Positions 7,777 through 16,911 are shown, counted from the first letter of the stretch. The stretch: 63,822 nucleotides of DNA from Candidatus Acetothermia bacterium (GCA_022683945.1 JAJHSH010000027.1:1-63822); one strand, 5' to 3'. Numbers and translations: made by a program. The notes: a model not told the origin generated them from the letters alone.

Positions 7777-8955
7777 GTGAAAGCCAGCAAAGAGACCAAG
7801 AGCGCTACTCAAGTGACCGTCAAGGTCGAAGTGCCCGCCGAGTCGGTGAAGCGCAAGCTGGAGGATCTCTTTCGGCGCGTCAGCCGCGAGATCCAGTTGC
7901 CGGGGTTCCGGCGCGGTCACATCCCGCGCACGGTACTAGAGACCCGCTTCGGCAAAGATTTTCTGCACGAAGACGCCCAATCTGAGTTAATCGAAGAGCA
8001 TCTCCCGCAGGCGCTGCGCGAGCTGAACCTGCGCCCGGTTGGGCCTCCCCAGACAAAGCCCCTCTCTTTTTCTGAAGAGAGCGAGTTCGTCTTTGAAGCC
8101 GATCTGGAGATCCTGCCGGAAGTCACCGTGCGCGATTACACGGAGATCGAAGTCGAAGAGATCAAAATTCCCCCGGTAGAAGAGTCCGATATTGACGCCG
8201 TCATTGAGCGTCTGCGCTATCAGCACGCGACGCTCGTGCCCAAAGAGGGCGCGAATGCTTCACGGGTCGAAGAGGGCGATCTCGTCGAAGTGCTCCTATC
8301 GGGAGAGGAGCGTCCGCGAGAGTGGCAAGTCTCCCAGGGCGATCCCAGCGAAGCTCTCTTAGGACATCGCGTCGGCCAGCGCGCGACGCTGACCACTCCA
8401 GAGGGCGAGAAGATCACTGTGCAGATCGAGAGCGTGAAGCGCTTGGAGAAGCCCTCGGACGAAGAGCTGGCGCAGAGCGCTCTTCAAGAGAGCTTTGAGG
8501 CTTTGCGCACCAAGATCCGTCAAGACTTAGAAGAGGCGCGCGCGCGCCGGCGCGACCGCGAGCTGAAACTGCGCATTCTGGACAAGATCGTCGAGCGGAC
8601 CCCTACAGAATTGCCCGCGCGCTTATTAGAAGACCTGGTCACCCAAGAGCTGGAGCAGCGTCGGCAGCGAGGGATGCCCGATCTCTCAGCGGAGGAGGTC
8701 AAGCAGCTCAAAGCCGTCCTAGAGCAGCGGATGCGTCGCGAGCTCCTATTAGAAGCCCTCAAGAAGCAAGAGGGTCTGGCGCTCAACGAACAAGAGTTCA
8801 TCCGGTTTTTAGAAGCCGAAGCGCAGAAGCGCCAACTCCAGCCCATAAAATTCCGTGCGCTCTTGGAGCGCGAAGGGCAGCTCGCGCGCTTTCGCGCTGA
8901 CTTAGAAGAAGAGCGCGTCTTGCAGTTTCTCTATGAACGAGCGAAGATCCAATAA
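7777..8955 (+). CDS. tig: trigger factor
   Basis: Ribosome-binding signature GFRRGHIP, followed by PPIase-like and C-terminal arm regions, with clpP immediately downstream. A GTG start at 7777 is preferred because AAAGGAG lies 9 nt upstream; the ORF-track ATG is at 7753. Confidence 0.9.
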   Translation: MKASKETKSATQVTVKVEVPAESVKRKLEDLFRRVSREIQLPGFRRGHIPRTVLETRFGKDFLHEDAQSELIEEHLPQALRELNLRPVGPPQTKPLSFSEESEFVFEADLEILPEVTVRDYTEIEVEEIKIPPVEESDIDAVIERLRYQHATLVPKEGANASRVEEGDLVEVLLSGEERPREWQVSQGDPSEALLGHRVGQRATLTTPEGEKITVQIESVKRLEKPSDEELAQSALQESFEALRTKIRQDLEEARARRRDRELKLRILDKIVERTPTELPARLLEDLVTQELEQRRQRGMPDLSAEEVKQLKAVLEQRMRRELLLEALKKQEGLALNEQEFIRFLEAEAQKRQLQPIKFRALLEREGQLARFRADLEEERVLQFLYERAKIQ

Positions 8956-8979
8956 TCATCAAAAGGAGCTGAGCTGAAG

Positions 8980-9573
8980 ATGCAAGTCCCGATTGTGATT
9001 GACCGCACCGGCCAATACGAGCGCGCTTATGATATCTACTCGCGCCTATTGGAAGACCGCATTGTCTTTCTGCAAGGCGTCATCAATGACTATATGGCCA
9101 ACTTAGTCGTGGCGCAGATGCTCTTTTTAGAATCTAAAGACCCGGAGAAAGACATCAGTCTCTATATTAACTCTCCCGGTGGGAGCGTGACCGCCGGGCT
9201 GGCGATCTACGACACGATGCAGTATGTGCGCTGCGACGTGCGCACGATCTGCATCGGTTCGGCCTTCTCGATGGGGGCGCTCTTATTAGCCGCGGGGGCG
9301 CGCGCCAAGCGTTATGCGCTCCCCAACGCGCGCATTATGATCCATCAGCCTTGGGGCGGCGTGCAGGGCCAAGCGGCAGATATTAAGATTCAGGCCGAAG
9401 AGATCTTAAAGACGCGCGATCAGCTCATCAAAATTCTCGCGGAGCACACGGGGCAACCGTTAGAGCAGATCGCCAAAGACACCGACAGAGATTTCTTCAT
9501 GGGGCCGGCCGAAGCGGCCCAATACGGGCTGATCGACGAAGTGATCAAGATGCGCAAGCAGATGAAGAGCTGA
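8980..9573 (+). CDS. clpP: ATP-dependent Clp protease proteolytic subunit
   Basis: [15 protein letters not shown], the Ser context [11 protein letters not shown], the His context IMIHQP, and DTDRDFFM. Confidence 0.95.
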   Translation: MQVPIVIDRTGQYERAYDIYSRLLEDRIVFLQGVINDYMANLVVAQMLFLESKDPEKDISLYINSPGGSVTAGLAIYDTMQYVRCDVRTICIGSAFSMGALLLAAGARAKRYALPNARIMIHQPWGGVQGQAADIKIQAEEILKTRDQLIKILAEHTGQPLEQIAKDTDRDFFMGPAEAAQYGLIDEVIKMRKQMKS

Positions 9574-9605
9574 AGCCCCCTCTCCCCCAAGGGGGAATTG
9601 TTAAG

Positions 9606-9688
9606 AGCTGACAGCGGATTCGGGTAGCAGATTAAGCGGATTTCTCAATATAATCTGCTTAATCCGTTACTGAAATCTGCTGTCAGCT
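9606..9688. repeat. family B palindromic repeat (AGCTGACAGC...GCTGTCAGCT), empty form
   Basis: agctgacagcggattcgggtagcagattaagcgga...tccgttactgaaatctgctgtcagct is an 83-nt near-perfect hairpin with no nested family A element. Confidence 0.9.
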
Positions 9689-9761
9689 TTAGCGACATCT
9701 CAAAAGCGAATCAGTATTAGGCCCACTGGAAGCGTGTGCTCAGGCTTCCCCCTCAGCTCGA

Positions 9762-9796
9762 CCCTCACCCTAACCCTCTCCCTGAAAGGGAGAGGG
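9762..9796. repeat. family A palindromic repeat, truncated
   Basis: ccctcaccctaaccctctccctgaaagggagaggg. It adjoins, with no overlap, the 3' end of the 9801-10364 ORF. Confidence 0.8.
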
Positions 9797-9800
9797 ATTT

Positions 9801-10364
9801 CTATGGCGGACAGGCGGGCAGAATTAGCGGCGGTGAAAACCTCGTTGATGTGCCCAGCACGCTCTCGGAGATGCCGTCGCCGTTGAGGTCGAGCGCAAGC
9901 GTCATCAGCCACGGCCCGCGCAGACGGTCAGAGAGAAAGAAGGCTGTTGCCGATTGCGTACTCCCCCGCCGCTGGCCGTTGACGAAGAGCTCTACGTTGA
10001 GCAGCACGTGCACCCGAATCTGCGTGAAGAGGGGTTGCCCGCTGGAGCAGCGCACGGTGGCGCTGGCTGTGGCCAACGTGGGCGATCCTTTGATCGTATA
10101 GAACGGGTCTACACCGACTTCGAATTTTCCATCGGCGTTGGCATCGGCGAGATAGTTGGCTTCAAAGAAGTCCGTCTTGGTCGGGAGATTGAAGATCGCT
10201 GCCTCCCAACGTCCATAAACGGCTGTCAGGTCTGCTGAGAAGAGATCGCCTTCAGCAGCAAAGACTCTCAGAAGAGCGTGCGTGGAGAGCGTCTGGCCCA
10301 AAGAAGATACCCCGTTGAGCAAGAGCAGCAAGAGTGCCCCGCTGAGCAGCAAGAGGCTACGCAT
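9801..10364 (-). CDS. secreted hypothetical protein (187 aa), last gene of the envelope operon
   Basis: Signal peptide MRSLLLLSGALLLLLLNGVSSLG. It starts 12 nt after the preceding lipoprotein gene. No recognised domain. Confidence 0.55.
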   Translation of the reverse strand: MRSLLLLSGALLLLLLNGVSSLGQTLSTHALLRVFAAEGDLFSADLTAVYGRWEAAIFNLPTKTDFFEANYLADANADGKFEVGVDPFYTIKGSPTLATASATVRCSSGQPLFTQIRVHVLLNVELFVNGQRRGSTQSATAFFLSDRLRGPWLMTLALDLNGDGISESVLGTSTRFSPPLILPACPP

Positions 10365-10375
10365 GGTCTCCTCCT

Positions 10376-10816
10376 TTAGCGATACTCGACTTTGAAGTCA
10401 TCCCAGAAGTTGAGCGTATAGACGGGATTGCCGGTGCGCGGGTCGGTGCCGGTCTGTTTGAGCTTGCCGATGAAGACGAGCTTACGCTTGGCTAAGAAAC
10501 AATCTATACCGCCGCCATGCATCATGGCCACGAGCACTCTGACGGGCTGATTGAAGTCAAAACGGTTGGCAACAGCCCTGGGGATGACAAACTCGGCTCG
10601 CAGACTTGATTTGACCTCGGCCTCAAAATTCCCGATCGCTTGATCGCCCTGAAAGGCGACGATGGTCAAGATCGCGCCGCGGCAGAGCATGTCGATATTG
10701 TCTATGCGAACGGTATTCCCCTGAACGAGTCGCGGACAGCCGCTCAGCAAGAGAGCCAAGCTTACGAGACCAAGCAATTGTGTGGTCTTGCGCAAAGAAA
10801 GAGATCGCGTATGCAT
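10376..10816 (-). CDS. putative lipoprotein (about 146 aa)
   Basis: MHTRSLSLRKTTQLLGLVSLALLLSGC carries a lipobox (LLSGC). The internal ATG at 10816 is preferred over 10852. Confidence 0.6.
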   Translation of the reverse strand: MHTRSLSLRKTTQLLGLVSLALLLSGCPRLVQGNTVRIDNIDMLCRGAILTIVAFQGDQAIGNFEAEVKSSLRAEFVIPRAVANRFDFNQPVRVLVAMMHGGGIDCFLAKRKLVFIGKLKQTGTDPRTGNPVYTLNFWDDFKVEYR

Positions 10817-10913
10817 AGGTGTATTATACCATCGGCACGCGATTTCTGTCAACCAAAAAACAAAACGGCCCCGGAGAGTCCCGGGGCCGTTCTCCGATTC
10901 CGTTCGAACGACG

Positions 10914-12401
10914 TTAGAACTTCATCTCGAGGCTGATCCGCTGCGCGGCGAGGCTGTCGGGATGGAGGACCGTGGAGCTCTTCACTGTCAAGTTCCCGAT
11001 CTTCCAAGCGACGTCCACCGAGCCGCCGTAGAAGTCGCGCATCAACTGGAGGAAGCCCATCCAGATGTCAATAGTGACATCGCCGACGGACGCACTCAGG
11101 AAGATGTCGTGGCTGAGCCAGCCTCCGAGAGCAAATGCAGGGCAGGTGTTCTCGTCCACGCAGGGTATGAGCACGCTCCTCCATTTCATCCCCGGAGGAT
11201 CGAAGTCAACAACTATCACGGAGAAGAAGACGGTCATCGCCGTGCCGGTGGATGCCGGGCGATAGACCAGCGTCGTCGAGACGGCCATATCGCCGACGCG
11301 CAGGCTCGTCGTTAAGTTATTCGAGCGCAACTGCAACGAGACGGCGCCCACCTTGCCGATATTCATCACGTTGCTGATAGAGAGCCCGAAGGGCGCCAGC
11401 GTGAAGGCCTGCGTCAACTGGATGAAGTTGAGGCCGGTCTGGTTGAGGGTGTCGCCCACTTCGATGGGCGCAAACCAGAACTCCAGACGCGCGCCCCACG
11501 TCACACCGGCGATGCGCACGTTGCGGATGATGATCTTCTCTTCGTAGATGACGAAGGTGTCCTCGACCATGCCGGAGAAGACGCGCTGCAACGGTTTGCA
11601 CTCGCCGAAGCACTCCGCGCCTTGGCGCGAGCCGATCCACGTTTCAGCGCGGATGGTGATGCCGCTGACCGTTTGGCCTTCGGCCGAGGCGACCCAGCCC
11701 ATGCGCCAGTTCGGCGTGGTAGCCGAGCCGATATTGGCGAAGAGGCCGCGCAGACCGATGACCAGGCCGGCGACGTTGAGCGAGAGATCTACGATCTTCT
11801 TTCTGAAGGTCAGCACCGGATCGAGATGGCCCGCCGTGTCAAAGAGATTGGCGAGCACCAGGTTCTCGATGGCCGAATGATAGAAGCCGTTCAGCAAGCC
11901 GAACATATGGAACGTGCCATAGATCGGCGTCCAGCGCCCGAGTAACGTGAGCCCTGTCACCGTAGCTGCAGATGGACAGCTGGGGACATAGGGCGCGAGC
12001 GTTGGGTCGGACGAGTCCAAGCAATAGCGCGAGCGACCGACCGAATCGCGAAAGTGCCGCAGCTCGACGATATTCGGGGCGAAGATCATCTGGACGCGGA
12101 AGGCCGCGGGGCCGACCGTGCCCGTTGCCACGAACGACTGAAACTCCAGGCCCTTAAACGTAAACGCCGAGGTGCTGGTGATATCAATGCCGCTCACGGA
12201 GAGCGTCAGGATGAGATCGGCCTCAAACTTCACGGTGACCTTGTCGATCTTGGCTCCACCCACAGCGCCGGTGACGGTCTCTGGGATGAAGACAATCTCG
12301 ACGATCGCCGAGCCGCTGACGGGAGCCGCATGGGCCGTCCAAGTCCATCCGGCGCACGCTACGGCCAGCACCGCGATGAGGGCTAGTGTTCTTCTAAACA
12401 T
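10914..12401 (-). CDS. envelope paralog 1: secreted beta-rich protein ending in ...EMKF (495 aa)
   Basis: MFRR plus a signal peptide (..AHA-AP). It shares the blocks KFEADLILTLSVSGIDITSTS, LTFRKKIVDLSLNVAGLVIGLRGLFANIGS, ECFGECKP and DFDPPG, and has a C-terminal Phe. It is a paralog of the next two ORFs. Confidence 0.85.
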   Translation of the reverse strand: MFRRTLALIAVLAVACAGWTWTAHAAPVSGSAIVEIVFIPETVTGAVGGAKIDKVTVKFEADLILTLSVSGIDITSTSAFTFKGLEFQSFVATGTVGPAAFRVQMIFAPNIVELRHFRDSVGRSRYCLDSSDPTLAPYVPSCPSAATVTGLTLLGRWTPIYGTFHMFGLLNGFYHSAIENLVLANLFDTAGHLDPVLTFRKKIVDLSLNVAGLVIGLRGLFANIGSATTPNWRMGWVASAEGQTVSGITIRAETWIGSRQGAECFGECKPLQRVFSGMVEDTFVIYEEKIIIRNVRIAGVTWGARLEFWFAPIEVGDTLNQTGLNFIQLTQAFTLAPFGLSISNVMNIGKVGAVSLQLRSNNLTTSLRVGDMAVSTTLVYRPASTGTAMTVFFSVIVVDFDPPGMKWRSVLIPCVDENTCPAFALGGWLSHDIFLSASVGDVTIDIWMGFLQLMRDFYGGSVDVAWKIGNLTVKSSTVLHPDSLAAQRISLEMKF

Positions 12402-12442
12402 TGACTAAACCTCCTTTTTCTCTACTCGTTTTCATCGAGCGC

Positions 12443-13969
12443 TCAGAACTTAACGCTGAGGTTAAACGCTTGCCAGCCCAACCTATTAGTAAAGAGATAG
12501 GTTTCGCTAGCGAAGGAGACGTTCCCCACCGTCCAAGTGGCGTTAAGTGAAACACTATAGAGTTCCTTGAGCAGGCTGCCCAGCATGACCGCCAGCGCCG
12601 AGACCTTCAGATCGCCGACCTCAAACTCGATGTAATAATCGGTCTCGATGAACATCCCGCCCGGTACGCCCGTAATGAGGCCGGAGCGACAGGCTCTTGT
12701 AAAGCCGGCGAAGTAGTCCGTCTGACAGTTGATGACTACAACTGTAGCGGTGCCGCCCGGCGGATCGAAGGTCAGGATGAGCGCCGTGAAGAGCGGCTCC
12801 CATGCGAGGATGGCAGTGGGACGATAGTCGATCTGAACGGTCGCGGACGCCTCACCGACGCGGATGCCGAAGAGCACGATGTTGCGCGCCAAACTGAGTC
12901 CGGCAGCGAAGCGTGCGATGTTGGTAATGGTCAGCCCGATCGGGGTGATGCGCGGCGTCGTCGAGGTGATCTGCATATTCGTCGGCTGGAGCGAGCTGGC
13001 GCCCGATCCCGCGAAGACGAACTCGATGGCGATGCTGTTGCGCACGCCCGCGAGCGTCAACCCGCTGATGAAGAGCTTCTCCTCTTCGGGGTTCATGCCG
13101 GGGACGACGATGCCGCCGCCCGCCGGATAGGGGGCGAAGGTGGACATCGTGAACCCGATGCGCGAGGCAGGTTTGCACTCGCCGAAGCACTCGAAGCCTT
13201 GGCGGGCGCCGAACCACGTCTCGCTGCGCACGGAGATGCCGCTGACCGTCGTGCCCGCGAGGATGAGCACGAAGCCGCTCTCAAAGGCCGGGACTGCGAC
13301 CGAGCCCAAGTTGGCGAAGAGGCCGCGCAGGCCCAGAGTCAATCCGGCGATGCTGAGCGTCGCCTCGGCGATCTTCTTGCGGAAGGTCAGCACGGGCGTG
13401 AGGTTCGAGCCGCCGGTGAGCGGGTGATTGGGGTTAAGGTTATCTGCCCAGCGCCCCAAGATCAGGTTCTGCAGCGAGGGGCTAGACAAAAACAGCGAGA
13501 AGAAGCTGTATTGTCCATAGACGGGATCATTAATACCAGCCGAGAAGCCAGGACAGCTGCTGAGCGCATTGCTATCGACGTTCGGCGCCATAGCTCTGAT
13601 GCAGTAGCCGCGGCTGGCCGTGCCGGAGCGGACCTCTTCGAACTCGATGATGCTCGGCGCGAAGACCAAGATTGTACTCAAGCTCATCGGGCCGACCGTC
13701 GCTTTAAGGGAGAAGAGCTGCACCTCGACGCCCTTGAACGTGAAGAGCGTCGTGCTGGTGAGATCTACCCCGCTGATCGAGAGCGCCAGAACGAGATCGG
13801 CCTCGAACTTCACGACGATTTGGTCGATTTTTGCTACGCCCCCGGTCGGATCCGGATAGAAGATAATGTCGATGCCAAAGCTCCCGGTGATCGGAGCGGC
13901 CATCGCTCCCCACGAGAGGGCTCCGGCGAGCGCGAGCGCGCAAACCAGTGCTGTGAATCTTCTAAACAT
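12443..13969 (-). CDS. envelope paralog 2: secreted beta-rich protein ending in ...SVKF (508 aa)
   Basis: It has the same MFRR start, signal peptide, conserved blocks and Cys pairs as paralogs 1 and 3. Its RBS and start region, AAGGAGGTTCAGTCAATGTTTAGAAGA, are nearly identical to those of paralog 1. Confidence 0.85.
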   Translation of the reverse strand: MFRRFTALVCALALAGALSWGAMAAPITGSFGIDIIFYPDPTGGVAKIDQIVVKFEADLVLALSISGVDLTSTTLFTFKGVEVQLFSLKATVGPMSLSTILVFAPSIIEFEEVRSGTASRGYCIRAMAPNVDSNALSSCPGFSAGINDPVYGQYSFFSLFLSSPSLQNLILGRWADNLNPNHPLTGGSNLTPVLTFRKKIAEATLSIAGLTLGLRGLFANLGSVAVPAFESGFVLILAGTTVSGISVRSETWFGARQGFECFGECKPASRIGFTMSTFAPYPAGGGIVVPGMNPEEEKLFISGLTLAGVRNSIAIEFVFAGSGASSLQPTNMQITSTTPRITPIGLTITNIARFAAGLSLARNIVLFGIRVGEASATVQIDYRPTAILAWEPLFTALILTFDPPGGTATVVVINCQTDYFAGFTRACRSGLITGVPGGMFIETDYYIEFEVGDLKVSALAVMLGSLLKELYSVSLNATWTVGNVSFASETYLFTNRLGWQAFNLSVKF

Positions 13970-14009
13970 TGACTGAACCTCCTTTATAACTCTTTTTCAC
14001 CATTGACCG

Positions 14010-15677
14010 TTAGAACTTCACAGTCAAGCTGAAGGCTTGGCCGCCCAAGACATCGGTCAAGATAATGGTCGAGCTGACGAACGTGACCGGCCCGACGGTG
14101 AAGGAGAGGTCGACATCGAACTGCCTGAAGACCGCAAAGACGCCGCCCGCCCAGAGGACGTTCGCCGCGACGTTGAGCGGACCAACAGTGCCGGCCAAGC
14201 TGATCTTGTGGCTGACGACCGTGGAAAGCCCTGGCGTGTGGACGTTAGGAGCGGTCGGGCCGCAGAGCGGCAGCGTCGCGCAGAACGTCATATCGCTGGT
14301 GACCTTCACGCCCGGCGGATCGAACGTCGAGACCAGATTGGTCAAGCCAACGTTGAACGAATTCTGAGCGCTGGCCCAGTAGATCAAGTTGGCCGTTACG
14401 GCGACATCGCCCATGCGCAGCTCGAGGCTGGTGACGTTGCTCAGCAGATCGAGCAGGCCGTTGAAGTTCCAGGTCGTCCTGAAGTTCAGGCCCCAAGGAG
14501 CGATGCGGCCACTCTGCGTCAGTTGAACGAAGCAGAGCGGAGTGACGATATTCATGTCGTCTTCGTCGGTAACGCCGTCGCCGTCGTCGTCAACGCCGTT
14601 CAGGGGATCCTCGCCCCACCAGCCGTCACCGTCATTATCAATCTGATCAATGCCGCACTGGAAGATATTGGGCAGGGTCGGGTCATCGCCCGGGACGCCG
14701 CCGTCCCAGTTGGTGAGATCGAAGTGCATCTCGACGCGCAGATCGTGGCGGATGCCCGCGATGACCAAGTTCGTCAAGAAGAGCTTCTCCTCTTCGACGT
14801 TGTCGAGCAATGCGCCGGTGACCATAGCGTTGAAGAAGCGCTCCAAGGGCTTGCACTCGCCGAAGCACTCCAAGCCCTGCTTAGCGCCGATCCAGAGTTC
14901 ACCTCGGACGCCGACGCCGCTGACCGTGCGGCCTTCCAACGACAGGACCATGCCGCTGCGCAGCTCGAAGCCCGTAGGGCTTTGGCTGACGTTGGCGAAG
15001 AGCGCCTTGACGCCCAGCACCATGCCGGCGATGTTCAAGCTGAGATCGGCGATCTTCTTGCGGAAGCGGATCGTGTTCCCTAGCGCGCCCGTCGGATCAA
15101 TCCAGCGAGCTAATACCAAGTTCTGGATGACCGGGTGGACGGCGCCCGCGCCGAAGATGCTGTGAAAGCCGACTATGCCAAAATCCAGATCGTCAATGTG
15201 CGCGTTCAGGCCGCCAAAGAAGTGACCGCCCGCAAAGCTGGGATAGTAACAATTGGCGTGACTCGCTGGGGTGTTCATCTGGGGCAACGAATCCTGCACG
15301 CACCAGCGCAAGCGTCCAAATTGATCGCGCAACTCTTCAAACTCGAAGAACGTAGGCGAGAAGATGATCGTATCTCGGATCGTCAGAGCGCCCAGCGTTG
15401 CGCTGATCACGAAGGACTGAAACTCCAGACCGCGGAAGGTGAAGATCGTCGTGCTGGTGATGTCCACCCCGCTGACGGAGAACGTCAGGATCAGATCAGC
15501 CTCGAACTTCACGCTGATATAGTCGAGCTTATCGGCGGTGTTTGCCGACGCATCGTGCTCAGGGTAGAAGACGATATCAATAGCGAAGCTTCCGCTGATG
15601 GGCGCGGCGGTCGCTCCCCAAGAGAGGGCTCCGGCAACCGCGAGCGCACAGAAGAGAGCAAATAATCTTCTAAACAT
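14010..15677 (-). CDS. envelope paralog 3 with an acidic DxDxDG insertion, ending in ...TVKF (555 aa)
   Basis: It has the same architecture as paralogs 1 and 2, plus the insert CGIDQIDNDGDGWWGEDPLNGVDDDGDGVTDEDDMNIVTPLC encoded at about 14549-14660. Confidence 0.85.
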   Translation of the reverse strand: MFRRLFALFCALAVAGALSWGATAAPISGSFAIDIVFYPEHDASANTADKLDYISVKFEADLILTFSVSGVDITSTTIFTFRGLEFQSFVISATLGALTIRDTIIFSPTFFEFEELRDQFGRLRWCVQDSLPQMNTPASHANCYYPSFAGGHFFGGLNAHIDDLDFGIVGFHSIFGAGAVHPVIQNLVLARWIDPTGALGNTIRFRKKIADLSLNIAGMVLGVKALFANVSQSPTGFELRSGMVLSLEGRTVSGVGVRGELWIGAKQGLECFGECKPLERFFNAMVTGALLDNVEEEKLFLTNLVIAGIRHDLRVEMHFDLTNWDGGVPGDDPTLPNIFQCGIDQIDNDGDGWWGEDPLNGVDDDGDGVTDEDDMNIVTPLCFVQLTQSGRIAPWGLNFRTTWNFNGLLDLLSNVTSLELRMGDVAVTANLIYWASAQNSFNVGLTNLVSTFDPPGVKVTSDMTFCATLPLCGPTAPNVHTPGLSTVVSHKISLAGTVGPLNVAANVLWAGGVFAVFRQFDVDLSFTVGPVTFVSSTIILTDVLGGQAFSLTVKF

Positions 15678-15828
15678 GTACAGAAACCTCCTTTTTCACG
15701 TTTTGTGGCATTCTAACGGTTTAAGAGAGACTACGAACGACAGATCTGTGCAACTTGCCCCCCGGATGCACAACCACCTCCTATGATATTCTTTTGTCTA
15801 TAGTGTCTTTTCGCCGTTTTCGCATTTG

Positions 15829-15857
15829 GTAGGGGCGATTCGGCGAATCGCCCCTAC
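15829..15857. repeat. GTAGGGGC...GCCCCTAC hairpin (family C) between the SLH gene and paralog 3
   Basis: gtaggggcgattcggcgaatcgcccctac. Related hairpins lie at 44129-44170 and 46731-46760. It may be an intercistronic attenuator or stabiliser. Confidence 0.6.
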
Positions 15858-15869
15858 GGAAACGCCCAT

Positions 15870-16547
15870 TTAAGTCGCAATCGCCCAGATGACCGCGATG
15901 ACCCCGGCCAAGGCCGCAAAGGCCGCAACCCAGATGCCAGCATTGGCTCGCTGGCGCAATTGCTCGATCTCCTCCGCCGAAGCTGCACCTATATTAGCCG
16001 AAGCTTTTGCTTGTTGCAACTCCTGGCGCAACGACTGCACTTGGTTCTGCAACTGCACGATCTGAGATTCGCTCTGTGAGAGTTTTTGACTCAGCTCGGA
16101 TATTCGGGCCGTGCTCTGCGGGTCGCCCGCCGGGCGATCCTGGAGCGCCTTCACTTCACGCTCTAGTCTCTCCATCCCCTGCACGCGCTCGGAGACTTTG
16201 AAGATCAGATCCTGCAAGATCTTCAAGTCCTGGGGCTGGATCTTCTCCGGGTCGTTCTGTTGATAGCGCACCGCCCGCGCGATGAGCACGGCGGCGTCAT
16301 AGCGCGAGAGCGACTTCGTCCCTTGAAACTCCCCGTTGGGCAAGCCCGTGATGATGCCACGCTCGACTAAGAACTTCAAGTCGCTCGCGGCGTAGTGGTC
16401 TGTTGGAACGTCCACAAAGAGAGAACCCCGTGCAGCGGTGGGCTTAGAAGACGGCGTACTCGGCTTCTTGGGCTGGCCATCGGCATAGGCCAAGAGCCCC
16501 AAGCCGAAGCACATCAAGACGACGACAACGACTTTGAGAAGCTTCAC
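15870..16547 (-). CDS. Omp-alpha-like envelope anchor: signal peptide + SLH domain + coiled coil + C-terminal TM helix (225 aa)
   Basis: SLH motif FVDVPTDHYAASDLKFLVERGIITGLPNGEFQGTKSLSRYDAAVLIARAV, a heptad-rich segment (ERLEREVKALQ...QLQNQVQSLRQELQQAK), and the C-terminal GIWVAAFAALAGVIAVIWAIAT. GTG start with GGAGGT upstream. Confidence 0.85.
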   Translation of the reverse strand: MKLLKVVVVVLMCFGLGLLAYADGQPKKPSTPSSKPTAARGSLFVDVPTDHYAASDLKFLVERGIITGLPNGEFQGTKSLSRYDAAVLIARAVRYQQNDPEKIQPQDLKILQDLIFKVSERVQGMERLEREVKALQDRPAGDPQSTARISELSQKLSQSESQIVQLQNQVQSLRQELQQAKASANIGAASAEEIEQLRQRANAGIWVAAFAALAGVIAVIWAIAT

Positions 16548-16745
16548 GCTTTAACCTACCTCCCCGAGTTCGTTCTACCCAACCTCCTCGGGTCTTTTGC
16601 CTGCCTTCAGTGTGTATTTTACATCACACTGCCCATTGCCGGTCAAGTCCGCGTGTCCGCTGCTCGTGGGGACGGATGTCGCTGTGGTGCTGCCTCCCTG
16701 TTCGTTTTTAGGGACTTTTCGATCTCCCGGTTTTATATGATTGTT

Positions 16746-16774
16746 ATTATAGCGCTGCACCCCCTGTTTGTCAA
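16746..16774 (-). promoter_or_regulatory. consensus sigma70 promoter for the envelope operon
   Basis: On the minus strand, TTGACA (16774-16769), 17-nt spacer, TATAAT (16751-16746). This predicts a 5' UTR of about 190 nt before the SLH gene start at 16547. Confidence 0.55.
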
Positions 16775-16809
16775 GAGGGGGGGAGGGGGGAGTGAGCCGG
16801 ATGCTCAGA

Positions 16810-16868
16810 CCCTCACCCGGCCTGCGGCCACCCTCTTCCTTCAAGGGAGAGGGATGGGGTGAGGGTGG
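16810..16868. repeat. family A palindromic repeat, long variant with GGCC-N-GGCC arm
   Basis: ccctcacccggcctgcggccaccctcttccttcaagggagagggatggggtgagggtgg. It lies between the divergent promoters. Confidence 0.85.
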
Positions 16869-16881
16869 AAATCCCCTCCCT

Positions 16882-16911
16882 TTGACAACCCTCTCTCAGC
16901 TCTGTTATAAT
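16882..16911 (+). promoter_or_regulatory. sigma70 promoter (extended -10) for clpC
   Basis: TTGACA (16882-16887), 18-nt spacer, TGT-TATAAT (16903-16911). Confidence 0.55.

Noticed and set aside
10782-15665. Long antisense ORFs across the three envelope paralogs (e.g. 13199-13972, 14037-15083, 15135-15665, 11622-11945)
   Set aside because: They lie on the opposite strand of clearly paralogous, motif-bearing genes. The products are Arg/Ala/Asp-rich low-complexity sequence typical of GC-rich antisense frames.
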